A stretch of DNA of 63,621 bases, filler included, from Hausera hauseri (Eukaryota), in assembly GCA_046269625.1 (NCBI GenBank). It is 12 parts of 12 records of this genome, joined end to end, with 100 filler letters (N's around TTAATTAATTAA, not from the genome) between each part and the next. Parts side by side here need not be neighbours in the genome. Positions count along the whole stretch, not along the records: positions 4,137 to 13,389 come from JBJURY010417699.1; positions 13,490 to 17,566 come from JBJURY010776313.1; positions 17,667 to 21,626 come from JBJURY010856745.1; positions 21,727 to 25,733 come from JBJURY010824861.1; 8 more parts are not named here. The stretch is one strand, 5' to 3'. Each line of letters starts with the position of its first letter. Position 1 is the first letter of the stretch. Shown here in pieces: positions 11,455-23,901 of the stretch. The translations under genes and the position numbers were made by a program. The notes beneath the pieces were generated by a model. The model saw nothing but the letters and a program-made list of their open reading frames with translations, had not been told where the DNA came from and made no database searches.

Positions 11455-12185
11455 CGAATAAAAAAGGATGATTTAGTGCTTCATCTGGATCAATTATCAA
11501 CATTTTTTGCGGTAGGTCAAGAAATTTCTAATAATCGGCAGGAGAATAACCGGGTACATTTCATCGACGGCCGTGAGGCTCACCGGTATTAAAACCTATT
11601 ATACCACTCCATTTCCTACTAGATACCCCTTGGAATGCAATTTTTTTGTTCTTTTTACGATGAACTTTAGGTCGATAAATATATTTATTTGGCGTCGAAT
11701 TGCATGAAAATCTTTCAAAATATCTTAGTCCTTTCTTTCCTCTGTCTATCACATTGAGCGGTGGAATTTCAACAACTTCTAGAATTCTCAAAATTTGTTC
11801 ATGCTCAAACTGTTCTATAAACATAGGTTGTTCAATGTGGAGTTCAGCCCTAACGACCACGTCTATGGCATGCGAATAATCGAGATTGAGAATTATTTCC
11901 GAAGACTGATAAAATCTGGATTGAATGTAATAATATATGCGACGCTTTGTATGACATGAACTACCAAAGTCAACGACTTTTATGGCTGATCGTCGAGGAT
12001 GAAGCAGAAGAATGTTTTCAGTCTTGAGATCGCAATGTATAATTTGAACTTGAGTCTTTGCGACAAAAACCAGGGCCCGACAAATTTGTTGAGAGAACTT
12101 CCTAGTAAGGTTTAACGAAACACCGCGGAAATTTGTGTTTTTAAGCAATTCATATAAGGTATACGTTAGCAGCTCAAAGTATAAT
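11455..12185 (-). pseudogene. DYRK1A: DYRK1A/minibrain kinase fragment (C-lobe only), degenerate
   Basis: FELL..TLYELLKNTNFRGVSLNLTRKFSQQ, IIHCDLKTENILL, DFGSSC, YIQSRFY, GEPHGRR*, then YSPADY*KFLDL. N-lobe absent, MWSLGC segment deleted, stops present. Confidence 0.9.
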
Positions 12186-13489
12186 TTTCAACTGCATTCA
12201 TTTTTAGCCTGCCCAGTAGTATCTCCAGCAAATGGTTTGTAGATTCTGCTTAAATCCTCGAATCGCAAGATCGGGGGCCCGCCTATGGGCCCAACGCGGC
12301 TACAACGGACGCCCAGCCATGCTTGACCAAATAGGCCAAAGGGTACCGGCCGCTGTGGGCACCACACAGAGAAATTTATAAACAATCAGTTATGCAATTT
12401 CGAATATTCAAATGGAAATGCGCAAGCTGTTTTTCCCCAGTCAACTCTTCATTACCATCGGCAGTCCATTCATTTATTTCAGCATCCAACACTTGATAAT
12501 TCTCAGCTTCATTGTTGTATTAATCAAGCAAGAAAACAAGCCATTCCTCAGGAAGTTCAACCTCAAAGTACTGTCTGTGTGGTGCCTTCGTGCGTTGAGG
12601 CACCTTGGCCTATTTCGTCTGGACAAAATCACGCGCGTTTGCTTCGTCCCGGTTGCACCATTTTCCGTGTCTTGCTTCCTCCCTCGGATGGCTTTGATGC
12701 AGTGACATTCGGTCAGTATGGACAATTTAACGATCATTTTGTTTGGAACCACCTCAAAACGAATTAAAATTTCCCGTTATGGATTTTCAAATCATTGCAG
12801 GATTAAAATGAATTAGAATTCGTCTCCGACTCACCCTATCTAGTAATTGATGACGCTAAAATAACCACAAGATCAAATCAATCACGGAGAATGTTTCGCA
12901 ATCAAAATGATCAAAATCATCAATCTGAGGAAACAGTGAAATTCATCAGGGTCCATTTTCCCTCAGCCAATTGATGCATTTTAAAACAAGTTTTGTTTAT
13001 AAGAAGAAAATGAAAATTCTTTCTCACATTTGCTTCAACGCTTCTAGGTGTGTGGTTCGGAATTGCATTTAAAGTCAAATATGAGAATTCCTATGCTGCT
13101 AGTTGTTCATTTTTATCCGTGCTCTATCAATGATTATTCATGTTCAGTACATTCGAAGTTTTGAAAATTCATACATATCACATCAGACACCGTGTTTGAT
13201 TGACAGTTTTTGGTTTTGTTTTTTTTACATCTTACCTAGTTCGCTACTGACGACCAGTTTAATAATTATTCTTCTGAAATATATCAGAAAATTCAGTTCT
13301 TGCTAGACAAATGTCGTTCTCTCATTTCCACAGCAGTTCTCTCTTTCTCCGTGGTCCCAAATTTATTTTTTTGCAAAAATTTATAAAACNNNNNNNNNNN
13401 NNNNNNNNNNNNNNNNNNNNNNNNNNNNNNNNNTTAATTAATTAANNNNNNNNNNNNNNNNNNNNNNNNNNNNNNNNNNNNNNNNNNNN

Positions 13490-16400
13490 TAGATTTGCAA
13501 CTTCTACAAATTTTGCATGGCGCAGAAACACGAGGAGCAGAATTGCCACAGTGTAATGCAGCATTACTTTGGATACCAACACCATAGGACTCAATACTAC
13601 GTATGTCCTGCATGTGAGTAGTGTGCCGGACCGGTTACGAGGAATTTTACAACCAACATAAACAACGTATGGATTCGTTCACAAAATCGAAGAAAGAAAT
13701 ATTCAACAGTAATATGCTAATGACGACAAGTGTCCCAAAAGCAAATCAGATGTGAGGTTCCTATGCTTATTGCACATCCAAAGCACATAATCCGCAAAAG
13801 TGTCATGAAACGATGCAGCGGTAGTATGGACATATCCAAAAGGATCCAATATTACATATGTCCGGGATGCGAGACTGGATGTGGTGCAGATTACATACTG
13901 TTCTATTATGATCCCAAGCATCATTTGAGTCACTTCGCATCAAAATCAAAGAAGGCCATTTATAATGAGTAACATAATATTAATAAATCTGCTTCGCAGT
14001 ATGATGCACCGCAGTATGATGCTTCGCAATATTATGCTTTGCATTATCCCTCTGGATCTGGTACAGCAGCTGCAAAGCATATTATGGAATTGAAACGCGC
14101 AGTCGCATCATGAGCATCAGGCCCATCAGGCGCAGCAGCACTAGGCACGGCCATATCACGCGCACTGGCTCCATCAAAAAGCCAAAGACAGCGGCCAGTG
14201 GATGCGGCATCATTAAAGACAAAATGCGGCAGATATGTTATTGAGGCAACTGATCAAATAACCCTCCGAGAGTTCCTCTTATACACAAAGGAAGAAACAG
14301 AGGGGATTCTTCAGTACAACATGGCTGAGCTCAAAGCCCTTAAGGTGAATATGAAACTGGAGGCCACATACATCAATGTTGATATCGAAGAATCCAAAAG
14401 TGCCTTCAGGACCAAAAATAGACCCATACTAGGAAAACGGCAATATAGTGGAATGACTTAATGAGGAACATAGGAAGCTGATCCGTGAAGCCGATGAGAG
14501 CCAGGATAAGAAGAGTGGATGAACTCTGGCAACCATACAGAGACTGAAAATGTATGTGCACAAGTACTCTCCAATGCGGGGCAGCTCCTATATACAGCTT
14601 TCAGACTGGATCGTTAATAAAAAGGCATGCATCAATGTCCTTAATGATGACAACAAGTGTCTCATGTATGCTATTTTATGTAAACTCGCACGGGATCAAA
14701 AACATGCAGCAGATTGAGTTTGGATATATAAGGATGTACAGCACAACTATGACTTCCAGTATATCACATTCCCTCCATCCATAGATGAAGTCAAGAAGTT
14801 CAGTCGAATTAACATGTCCATCAACATTATTGGATTGGATAATGGGGACAAATTCTATCCCCTGCATGTATGCGATGTTGAATTGGAAGATCATAGAGAT
14901 ATGCTCCTGCTAGACGATGGAGAAAAGAAACATTATGTTTGGATCAAGAACTTTGAGTGTCTAGTCAGATCCCAAATGACGAAACACACAACAAGAATAG
15001 AAATATGCAAACGATGCTTTGCCCATTTCAGCAGCAAGTTAACTGTGGAGAAGCTGAAGGAGCACAAGATGTACTGTGACAGCAATTACTGCATCAGGCC
15101 AGAATTCCCCAAGGAGGACTACATTGAATTCAAGGAGTTCGAGAAGAAGATCAAGGTCCCAATAGTAATCTATTGCTACTTTGAAACTATTCTCAGGCCA
15201 GTTCACAGCTGCAGCCCTATTCCTCAACATAGCAGCACAACGGCATACCAATATCATGAACTCTCATCATATTGCATGTATGCCAAAGAACTGGACAATG
15301 AACCATTTTTATTCAGAGGTCCAGGTGCAGCAGAACATTTTATGAAACGACTTGAAGACATGGCTCATATGCTTGAAAACATGCTTCAGCAACTTAAGGA
15401 TAATATGAGCATGTCAAAGCAGCAAGAATAAGAATGGCTCAAGGCAACAATATGTTACTTGTGCGACAAGTCCTTCACCGAGGATAATCATAAAGTCAGG
15501 GATCATTGCCATTTTACAGGCAAATATGGAGGTGCAGCATGCAACAACTGCAATCTGCGTTGCAAAACATGCACATATGTGCCCGTGGTGTTCCACAATC
15601 TCAGTGGATATGATCTCCACTTCATTGTTCGGGAACTGGGCAACATTGATGGAAACATTGATGTCATTTCCAATAGTGAGGAAAAATACATCACTTTCAC
15701 TAAGCATGTTGGAAGAATCAGGCTTCGCTTCATAGACAGTTTCAGTTTCATGTTGTCTTCACTGGATAGTTTAGTGAAAAACCTCCCTGCCGAAGAACTC
15801 AAGGAGACGAAGCGATTCTTTCCCACTAACTTTGACTTAGTTAAAAGGAAAGGAGTGTTTCCCTACGACTATATAACATCATGGGAACACTGGATGAGAC
15901 CTCATTACCGCGCAAGGATGGTATTTATAGCCAGTTGTTGGACTGTGATATCAATAATGAGAATTACCAGCATACTCAGAACGTCTGACAGGCATTCCAT
16001 TGCAGGACAATAGTGGAATACAGCGACGTATACCTCAAGACGGACGTGCTGCTTGTGACAGATGTCTTTGAGAGTTTCAGGGATGTTACAATGAAGAGCC
16101 ATGCATTGGATCCGGCTCATTTCTTTACGGCTCCAGGGATGAGTTGGGCAGCAATGCTGCAGTATACTAGTATTAGGCTGCAGATCATTAAGGATTATGA
16201 TATGATCTTTATGATCGAGCGATTCATTAAAGACGGAATATGCCAGACCATTCATCGGTATAATGAGGCCAATAACAAGTATATGGCCGAATACGACTCA
16301 ACAAAGTAATCCTCGTGTATATCATACATGGATGTCAACAACTTGTATGGATTGGCAATGAGCGTCTCATTGCCATATGATAACTTCAAATGGGTTGAGA

Positions 16401-17491
16401 ATCCTGAAAATATCCATATATTGGACCTAGATTCCACTGGAGATACGGCCTACATACTGGAGGTAGATATGGAATATTCGGCTTCTATACGCGCAAGGCA
16501 TTAACAGCTGCCTTTCCTCCCTTAGAGCGGGTCTCCGCCCCATGGAAAGCAGAGAAAGCTGCTCTGTCATCTGGATAATAGGGAGAAGTATGTAGTCCAC
16601 TACATCAATCTCCAGCATGCAGATAGACATGGACTTCGTATTACCAATATCCATGGGGCCCTGGAGTTCAGCCAGTCCATGTGGCTGCAGTCATACATAG
16701 ATCTCAATACGAAGCTGCGGACAAATGTTAAGAACGACTTTGAGAAAGACCAGTTTAAACTATATAACAACAGCGTTTTTGACAAGACCATGGAGAATAT
16801 CCGCAACAGGATCAACATCGAGCTGGTATGTGACTGGAAGCGAGCAAAGAAGATCATTGCCAAGCTTAACTTCCACAGCAGCACAATATATACGGAGAAC
16901 TTGGTAGGCATCCATATGCTAAAAACAGCATTGGTATTCAACAAGCAATATTGTATCTATCAAAGACCCTAATGTATAGATTCTATTACGATATAGTGGT
17001 CCCCAAGTTCAAGTCCATGCAGCTGATGTATATGTAAACCGATAGTTTCATCTATCAGATCCATACAGAGGACATTTATAAGGACTTTGCCGAATTGGTC
17101 CAACATATAGATACCTCGGATAATCCGAGGGAACATCCGAACTATTCAATGCCAACAAAGTCCTAGGGAAATTCAAAGACGAAGTGAATGGAGCAATCAC
17201 CTCGAGAAATGTGGCTCTCAGATCTAAAATGTATGCCCTAGATGCATGTAGTCAGATCAGAAAGAGAGCCAATGGCGTTCAAAGAGCGAACTTAGGCAAG
17301 ATCACTTTTGTGGATTATGAGACTTCTGCATGAGCAGACTCACATCATCGGAAATGAGAAGGATCCAATCTAAGGACCATAACATCCAAACAGTAACTCT
17401 GCATAAGAAAAGCCTACATTGGATAGATGAAAAGAGGCGGATCCTGAGTATTTGAATCCATACACTACCTCACGGACTTGTGGCACTGTAA
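13490..17491 (+). mobile_element. Polinton/Maverick-type protein-primed family B DNA polymerase pseudogene, copy 1, with a Cys/His-rich N-terminal region
   Basis: GSSYIQL..WIVNKKACINVLNDDNKC, HYVWIKN, DHCHFTGKYGGAACNNCNL, FHNLSGYD (ExoII), KGVFPYDY, YLKTDV (ExoIII), YMDVNNLYG (motif A), KLYNNSVFDKT (motif B), YM*TDS (motif C), LGKFKDE. Many stops and frameshifts. Confidence 0.9.
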
Positions 17492-17666
17492 ACATTCTTA
17501 TTGTTAATAAATGTTGTATAAAAATATCGTGTTGTCTTCTTGATCAAGTAATGTGGGATATATGATNNNNNNNNNNNNNNNNNNNNNNNNNNNNNNNNNN
17601 NNNNNNNNNNTTAATTAATTAANNNNNNNNNNNNNNNNNNNNNNNNNNNNNNNNNNNNNNNNNNNN

Positions 17667-20600
17667 CGTTCGTTCGTTCGTTCGTTCGTTCGTTCGTTCG
17701 TTCGTTCGTTCGTTCGTTCGTTCGTTCGTTCGTTCGTTCCTTCTTTCATTCGTTCATTCGTTCGTTCGTTCTTTTTTTTGTTCCTTCGATCATTTGTTCC
17801 TTCGTTCCTTTGTTCCTTCGATCATTCGTTCCTTCGTTCCTTCGTTCCTCGTTCCTTCGTTCCTTCTTTCCTCCGTTAGTTCGATCTTTCGCTCCTGCAA
17901 TCGTTCTTTCTTTCGTTAGTTCGTTCGTTCTTTTATTCATTCGTTCGTCCGTTCCTTCGTTCGTTCGTTCTTTCATTCGTTCTTTCGTTCCTTCCTTTTT
18001 TCATTCTTTCATTCGTTCGTTCGTTCGTTCGTTCTTTCCTTTGTTCCTTCGATCATTCTTTCCTTCGTTCGTCGTTCCTTCGTTCATTCTTTCCTCCGTT
18101 AGTTTGATCTTTCGCTCCTGCGATGGTTCTTTCTTTCGTTAGTTCGTTCGGTCTTTCATTCCTTCGTTCGTCCGTTCCTTCGTTCTTTCTTTCGTTCTTT
18201 CGGTCTTTCCCGCGTTCATTCGTTCGTACTTTCGATCTTTCTTTCGTTCGCTCGTTCGTTCGTTCATTCCTTCGTTCCTTCGTTCTTTTGATCGTTCCTT
18301 CCTTCCTTTGTTCCTTCGTTCGTTCGTTCGCTCTTGCATTTCTTCTTTCGTCCGTTCGTTCATTTGCCCTTTCATTCCTTCGTTCGTTCGTTCGTTCTTT
18401 CGTTCGTTCTATCGTTCCTTCCATCGTTCGTTCGTTGGATCTTACGTTAATTCTTTCTTTCGTTCGTTCTTTCGTTCCATCGTACGTTCTTTCGTTCGTT
18501 CGTTCCTTCGTTCGTTCCTTCGTTCGTTCGTTTGTCCCTTTGTTCTTTCCTTCGTTCGTTGGTTCTTTCATTCGGTCGTTTGTTCGTTCGATCTTTCTTT
18601 CTTTTGTTCGTTCGTTTCTTCGTTTGTTCCTTCGTTTGTTCCTTCGTTCATTCGTTCCTTCGTACCTTGGTTCTTTCGTTTTTAGTCCCTTCATTCGTTC
18701 TTTCTTTCACTCCCTCCTTCCTTCCCTCCTTCGTTCCCTTGTTCGTTCCCTCGATCGTTCTTTCGTTCGTTCGTTCAATCGTTCGTTCTTTCCTTTGTTC
18801 CTTCGATAATTTGTTCCTTCGTTCCTTTGTTCCTTCGATCATTCGTTCCTTCGTTCGTTTGTTGTTTCGTTCGTTCTTTCGATCGTTCATTCCTACCTTT
18901 GTTCCTTCGTTCGTTCGTTCGGCCGTTCGTTCCTTCTTTCCCTCGTTCATTCTTTCGTTCGTTCGTTTGTTTTTTCGTCCGATCGTTCGTTCGTTCTTTC
19001 CTTCGTTCCTTCGGTCCTTTGATATGTCGTTCATTCTTTCGATCATACTTTCCTTCCTTTGTTCCTTCGTTCGATCTTTCTTTCGTTCGTTCTTTCGTTC
19101 TTTCCTTCGTTCGCTCGTTACTTCGTTCTTTCTTTCATTCGTCTGTTTGTTCCTACCTTCGTTCTTTCTTCCGTTCGTTCGTTCTTTCGTTCCTTCGTTC
19201 TTTCGTTTCTCCGTTCTTCCGCTCGTTCTTTCGTTCGTTCTTTCGTTCGTTCGTTTTTTCGTTCGTCCGTTCTTTCATTCGTTCTTTCGCTCGCTCGTTC
19301 GTTCTTTCGTTCCTTCGTTCTTTCGTTCTTTGCCTCGTTCGTTTGTTCGTTCGTCCGGTCGTTCTTTCCTTGGTTCGTTCGTTCGTTCTTTCGTTCGTTC
19401 GTTCGTTCATTCTTTCTTTCTTTCATTCTTTCGTTCGTCCGTTCGTTCGTTCTTTCGATCGTTCCTTTATTTTTCTTTCGTTCTTTCTTTCCGTCGTTCC
19501 TTCGTTCCTTCGTTCCTTCGTTTGTTCGTGCGTTCGTTCGTTCGTTCTTTCTTTCCTTCTTTCTTTCGTTCTTTCGTTCTTTTATTCGTACCTTCGTTCC
19601 TTCGTTCTTTCGTTCATTCGTTCATTCATTCATTCGTTTTATCGTTCATTCAATCGTTCTTTCTTTCGCTAGTTCGTTCGTACATTCGTTCATTCCTTCG
19701 TTCGTTTGTTCCTTTGATCCTTCTTTCCTTCGTTCCTTCATTCTTTCTTTCGTTCGTTTGTGCGTTCCTTCGTTCGTTCTTTTTATCATTCATTCCTTCG
19801 TTCTTTCGTTACTTTTTTCCTTCGATCGTTCTTTCCTTCATTTCTTCGTTCCTTCTTTCCTTGTACCTTCTTTGCTTCCTTCATTCTTTGTTCGTTCCTT
19901 CGTTCCTTCGCTCCTTCCTTCTTTCGTTCCTTCGTTCATTCATTCTTTCGTACGTTTGTTCTTTCCTTCGTTCTTTCCTTCGTTCATTCGCTATTTCGTT
20001 CGTTCGTTCTTTCGTTCGTTCGTTCTTTCTTTCGTACTTTCGTTCTTTCTTTCTTTCTTTCTTTACTTCATTTGTTCATTCTTTCATTCTTTCGTTCGTT
20101 CGTTCGTTCGTTCGTTCATTCGTTCTTTTTTTAGTTCCTTATTTCCTTCGTTCGTTCTTTCCTTCCTTCCTTCGTTCCTCCGTTCTTTCTGTTGTTCCTT
20201 CGTTCGTTCCTTCATTCCTTCTTTCGTTTCTTCATTGGTTCCTTCGTTCTTTCGTTCTTTCCTTCGTTCTTTTCTTCGTTCGTTCGTTCTCTCGTTCATT
20301 CTTTCATTTGTTCCTTCGTTTGTTCGATCCTTCGTTCGTTTGTTCTTTCGTTCCTTCGTTTGTTCCTTCGTTTCTCAGTTCTTTCGTTCCTTCGTTCCTT
20401 CCTTCTTTCCTTCGTTCTCTCTTTCGCTCTTTCTTTCGTACGTTCACTCGTTTTTTCCCTCTTTCTTTCGTTCGTTCGTTAGTGCTTTCTTTCTTTCGTT
20501 ACTTCTTTCCTTCGTTCCTTCTGTCCTTCGTTCCTTTGTTCCTTCGTTCGTTCGTTCCTTCTTTCGTTCTTTCTTTCGTTCGTTCCTTCTTTCGTTCGTT

Positions 20601-21626
20601 CTTTCTTTCTTTCTTTCGTTCGTTCGTTTGTTCGTTCGTTCATTCGTTCTTTCGTTCGTTCCTTCTTTTGATCGCCCGTTATTTCTTTCGTTCTTTCGTT
20701 TGTTTGTTCGTTCTTTTATTCTTTCCTTCGTTCTTTCGTTCGGTCCTTCCTTCGTTCGGTCGTTCATTCGTTCGTTCTTTCGTTCTTTCTTTCTTTCGTT
20801 CGTTTGTGCGTTCGTTCGTTCCTTCGTTCGTTCTTTCGTTCGTTCCTGCTTTCTATCTTTCGTTCGTTCCTTCGTTCGTTCTTTCGCTCGTTCTTTCGTT
20901 CTTTCGTTCGTTCTTTCGTTCGTTCGTTCTTTCGTTTGATCTTTCGTTCGTTCGTTCGTACGTTCTTTCAATCGTTCCCTCGTTCGTTCCTTCTTTCTTT
21001 CGTTCGTTCATTCGTTCTTTCGTTCGCTCTTTAGTTCTTTCGTTCATTCTTTCATTCTTTCTTTCGTTCGTTCTTTCGTACATTCGTTCGTTCCTTCTTT
21101 CGTTCGTTCGTTCGTTCTTTCATTCTTTCGTTCATTCGTTCGTTCGTTCGTTCGTTCGTTCTTTCTCTCGTTCTTTCCTTCGATCGTTCGTTCGTTCTTT
21201 CGTTCGTTCTTTCGTTCTTTCGTTCGTTAGTTCGTTCGTTCATGCTTTCATTCATTCGTTCGTTCCTTCGTTCCTTCGATCGCTCGTTCGTTCGTTCCTT
21301 CGTTCCTTCGATCGTTCGTTCGTTCGTTCGTTCGTTCCTTCTTTCCTTCGTTTGTTCGTTCGTTCGTTTTTTCGTTCGTTCTTTCTTTCTTTCGTTACTT
21401 CTTTCCTTCGTTCCTTCTGTCCTTCGTTTGTTCGTTCGTTCCTTCTTTCGTTCGTTCTTTCTTTCTTTCGTTCGTTCGTTCATTCCTTCGTTCGTTCGTT
21501 CGTTCTTTCGTTCTTTCGTTCGTTCTTTCGTTCGTTCGTTCTTTCGTTCGATCTTTCGTTCGTTCGTTCGTACGTTCTTTCAATCGTTCCCTCGTTCGTT
21601 CCTTCTTTCTTTCGTTCGTTCATTCG
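17667..21626 (+). repeat. 4-kb degenerate tetranucleotide array (TTCG/TTCC/TTCT/TTCA)n that fills the whole contig
   Basis: Pure (TTCG)n for ~70 bp at the contig start, then variant units. Higher-order duplications with periods of ~223 bp (17891/18114) and ~612 bp (20959/21571). Confidence 0.97.
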
Positions 21627-22419
21627 NNNNNNNNNNNNNNNNNNNNNNNNNNNNNNNNNNNNNNNNNNNNTTAATTAATTAANNNNNNNNNNNNNNNNNN
21701 NNNNNNNNNNNNNNNNNNNNNNNNNNTCATAATATTCTTACTCATCAATCACATACACACAAACATGAATTATTGATTGATAAATTGAATGCTAAATTTT
21801 CCAATTTACAAATTTGATATTAATAAACAACTAAACATGAAACGAAAAAATATGACGAAAACACGACTGACAACTCTATTCAATATAAATAACAAAATTC
21901 AAAAAATTCTACTGTTAAAGTACGAACAACGAGCAATTACGTCACGATGCAACACAGCATAGCACAGTACAGTACAGTACTGCACAACATAGATACGATA
22001 CGAAATATTCAAATAATTCTCAATCCATCGTCGCACGTTCTCTCATCTAGTCTCATCAATACGACACCGAAACAAGAACAACAAAACGGTGACAAACATG
22101 GGTTAAAAATAATACTCGTTATTATTCTGACTCATCCGGCACTAGTGTAAAAATAACTGATCGATAAATGAACACAATTTTATCAAATCTGAATTAAAAC
22201 AAAAAATCATACAATTTATTTGGTATCATAGAGAGAGAGAGAGAGTGAATGAGAGAACAAAAAACGAAATATACGAAATAATCCTACTGGGGTAAAGAAA
22301 GTTTTTGTTATAACACAACGCAGTTTTTTTGTTTGTTTAAAATATATAATCACAATTTTCCTGTTTTATCGTCTGTCATTTCAAATGCAGTTTCCATTTA
22401 TCCTATTTATACGTTGCTA

Positions 22420-23901
22420 TCAATTCATTTCCAAACACGGTTCATTGCAAAACGAATTCTGAAAATCTGACGTTGACAACGGCTCATCTTCCGTATTGAT
22501 GACATCATCGGTATTGATTACCGAATTGTCTTCCACAGAAATGCTATTGTCTCTCTCCTCTGATGATAACACTTCATCTTTAACGGACGACAGATTGAAA
22601 CCATTTTCACAGCTTCCAGAATTGTCGAACAATTCGTTGTAGTTCGTTGTAATATCCGACTGATCGATCACTAACGTATACGGCGACAGTTTCCCATTGG
22701 TGTCCAATGAATCGGTCGGTGTCTGAACGGCAAGTTCGTTCTTGACGTCAATCGTTGACATTTCCATGAGTTTACTGTTCTGCATTCGTTCAAGATATTC
22801 CAGACATTCGGATGACGATAATTTCACAGTGATGTTTGATTTCGGCTCACAGCCGGGATGGCTGACTTCGATATGTCGTACGAGATGATCTTTCCGATAA
22901 TACGCTTTACTGCACACGTTACAAATGAACGGTTTAAAGCCGACGTGTTTCAACGAATGTCGTTGGAGATTCGATCGTTGCGTAAAGTTCGCACTGCAAA
23001 ACGTACAGCGAAACGCCCGATGATCGGAGAACGTGTGTTTGCAGAGAGCATTCAACGAATTGAACTGTAATTTACACTGGTTACAATTGAATACTTTACT
23101 CGACTTTTTTTGACCGGATATCGGTGTCAATTTACGTGCCTTAACTATCGTCGTTTGATTGCCGATTGAAGGTTTGTTCGTTGGCCACATCGGCTGGTTC
23201 GGATTGAAATATTTCTCCACTTTAACGTCGTTCTCCATCGGATTGTGTTTCTCCTGTTTGAACAGGGTGAGATCGAGTCCGTTCGTCGTGTCCATTGCCG
23301 ACGAATCTGGGGGGATTCGACACGGTTTCTCCGCTTTCCGTTTACGGGAAACGGATTCGTTGTTAGGATTTTCAATGGGCGTAAATCTCGGTGTATTAAT
23401 GGGAATCTGTTGAAATTGATGGATGGAATTTATGTTGGTGTTGTTGTTAATCATGTTCGTATTTCCATCGGATGTCGAATTCAATCGAGATAAAGCTGAT
23501 GTTGATAAATTGAGAAATGCCTGAAGATCTTCAACAGTACCCGGAAAAACTGATGGTTGCGGTAGAAAAACTCCGGCACTATTCGATATGGCTGTGGCGG
23601 TTGTGATGGGATTGAACACCGATGTTGATAAAACATTCGTCAACAGCGAATTCAAGTTCTGATTATTCGCAACATTAGTATTGTTATTATTATTGATATT
23701 CGTATCATTTAATACAATCGATCGTTTCGGATCATTGTCAGATTCGATCAAAATGATCGCATTAACTCGAATGGTTTTCTTCATCGGTAACGATTGATAA
23801 ATACTCTGCAAAATTCGTTCTTTAATTATCGTTTCCTCGTCGGGATTTTCTGGTGTTTTCGGTATCAATTTAACGGTATTGTTAATTGAAAATGGAAACA
23901 T
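22420..23901 (-). CDS. C2H2 zinc-finger transcription factor (3 fingers), 493-aa ORF; possibly the last exon of a longer gene
   Basis: Fingers CNQC..HTFSDH, CTFC..HSLKH and CNVC..HIEVSH with linker HVGFKPF; basic RKRK motif; intact frame. TTTTTTCGTATTTAG immediately before the ATG resembles a splice acceptor. Confidence 0.9.
   Translation of the reverse strand: MFPFSINNTVKLIPKTPENPDEETIIKERILQSIYQSLPMKKTIRVNAIILIESDNDPKRSIVLNDTNINNNNNTNVANNQNLNSLLTNVLSTSVFNPITTATAISNSAGVFLPQPSVFPGTVEDLQAFLNLSTSALSRLNSTSDGNTNMINNNTNINSIHQFQQIPINTPRFTPIENPNNESVSRKRKAEKPCRIPPDSSAMDTTNGLDLTLFKQEKHNPMENDVKVEKYFNPNQPMWPTNKPSIGNQTTIVKARKLTPISGQKKSSKVFNCNQCKLQFNSLNALCKHTFSDHRAFRCTFCSANFTQRSNLQRHSLKHVGFKPFICNVCSKAYYRKDHLVRHIEVSHPGCEPKSNITVKLSSSECLEYLERMQNSKLMEMSTIDVKNELAVQTPTDSLDTNGKLSPYTLVIDQSDITTNYNELFDNSGSCENGFNLSSVKDEVLSSEERDNSISVEDNSVINTDDVINTEDEPLSTSDFQNSFCNEPCLEMN

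Noticed and set aside
13490-13972. Cys/His-rich region upstream of pPolB as a BIR domain or separate gene
   Set aside because: The resemblance is faint (RFATSTNF), the frames are broken in both copies, and no domain can be assigned by eye.
17667-17740. Pure (TTCG)n at the contig start as a novel telomere repeat
   Set aside because: Assemblies commonly break in pure microsatellites, and nothing here shows a chromosome end.
18532-21678. 1048-aa and other long F/S/R/V-rich or ERTN-rich ORFs
   Set aside because: These are artefacts of the (TTCN)n array: the + strand has very few A residues, so stop codons are rare and all frames give the same periodic peptide.
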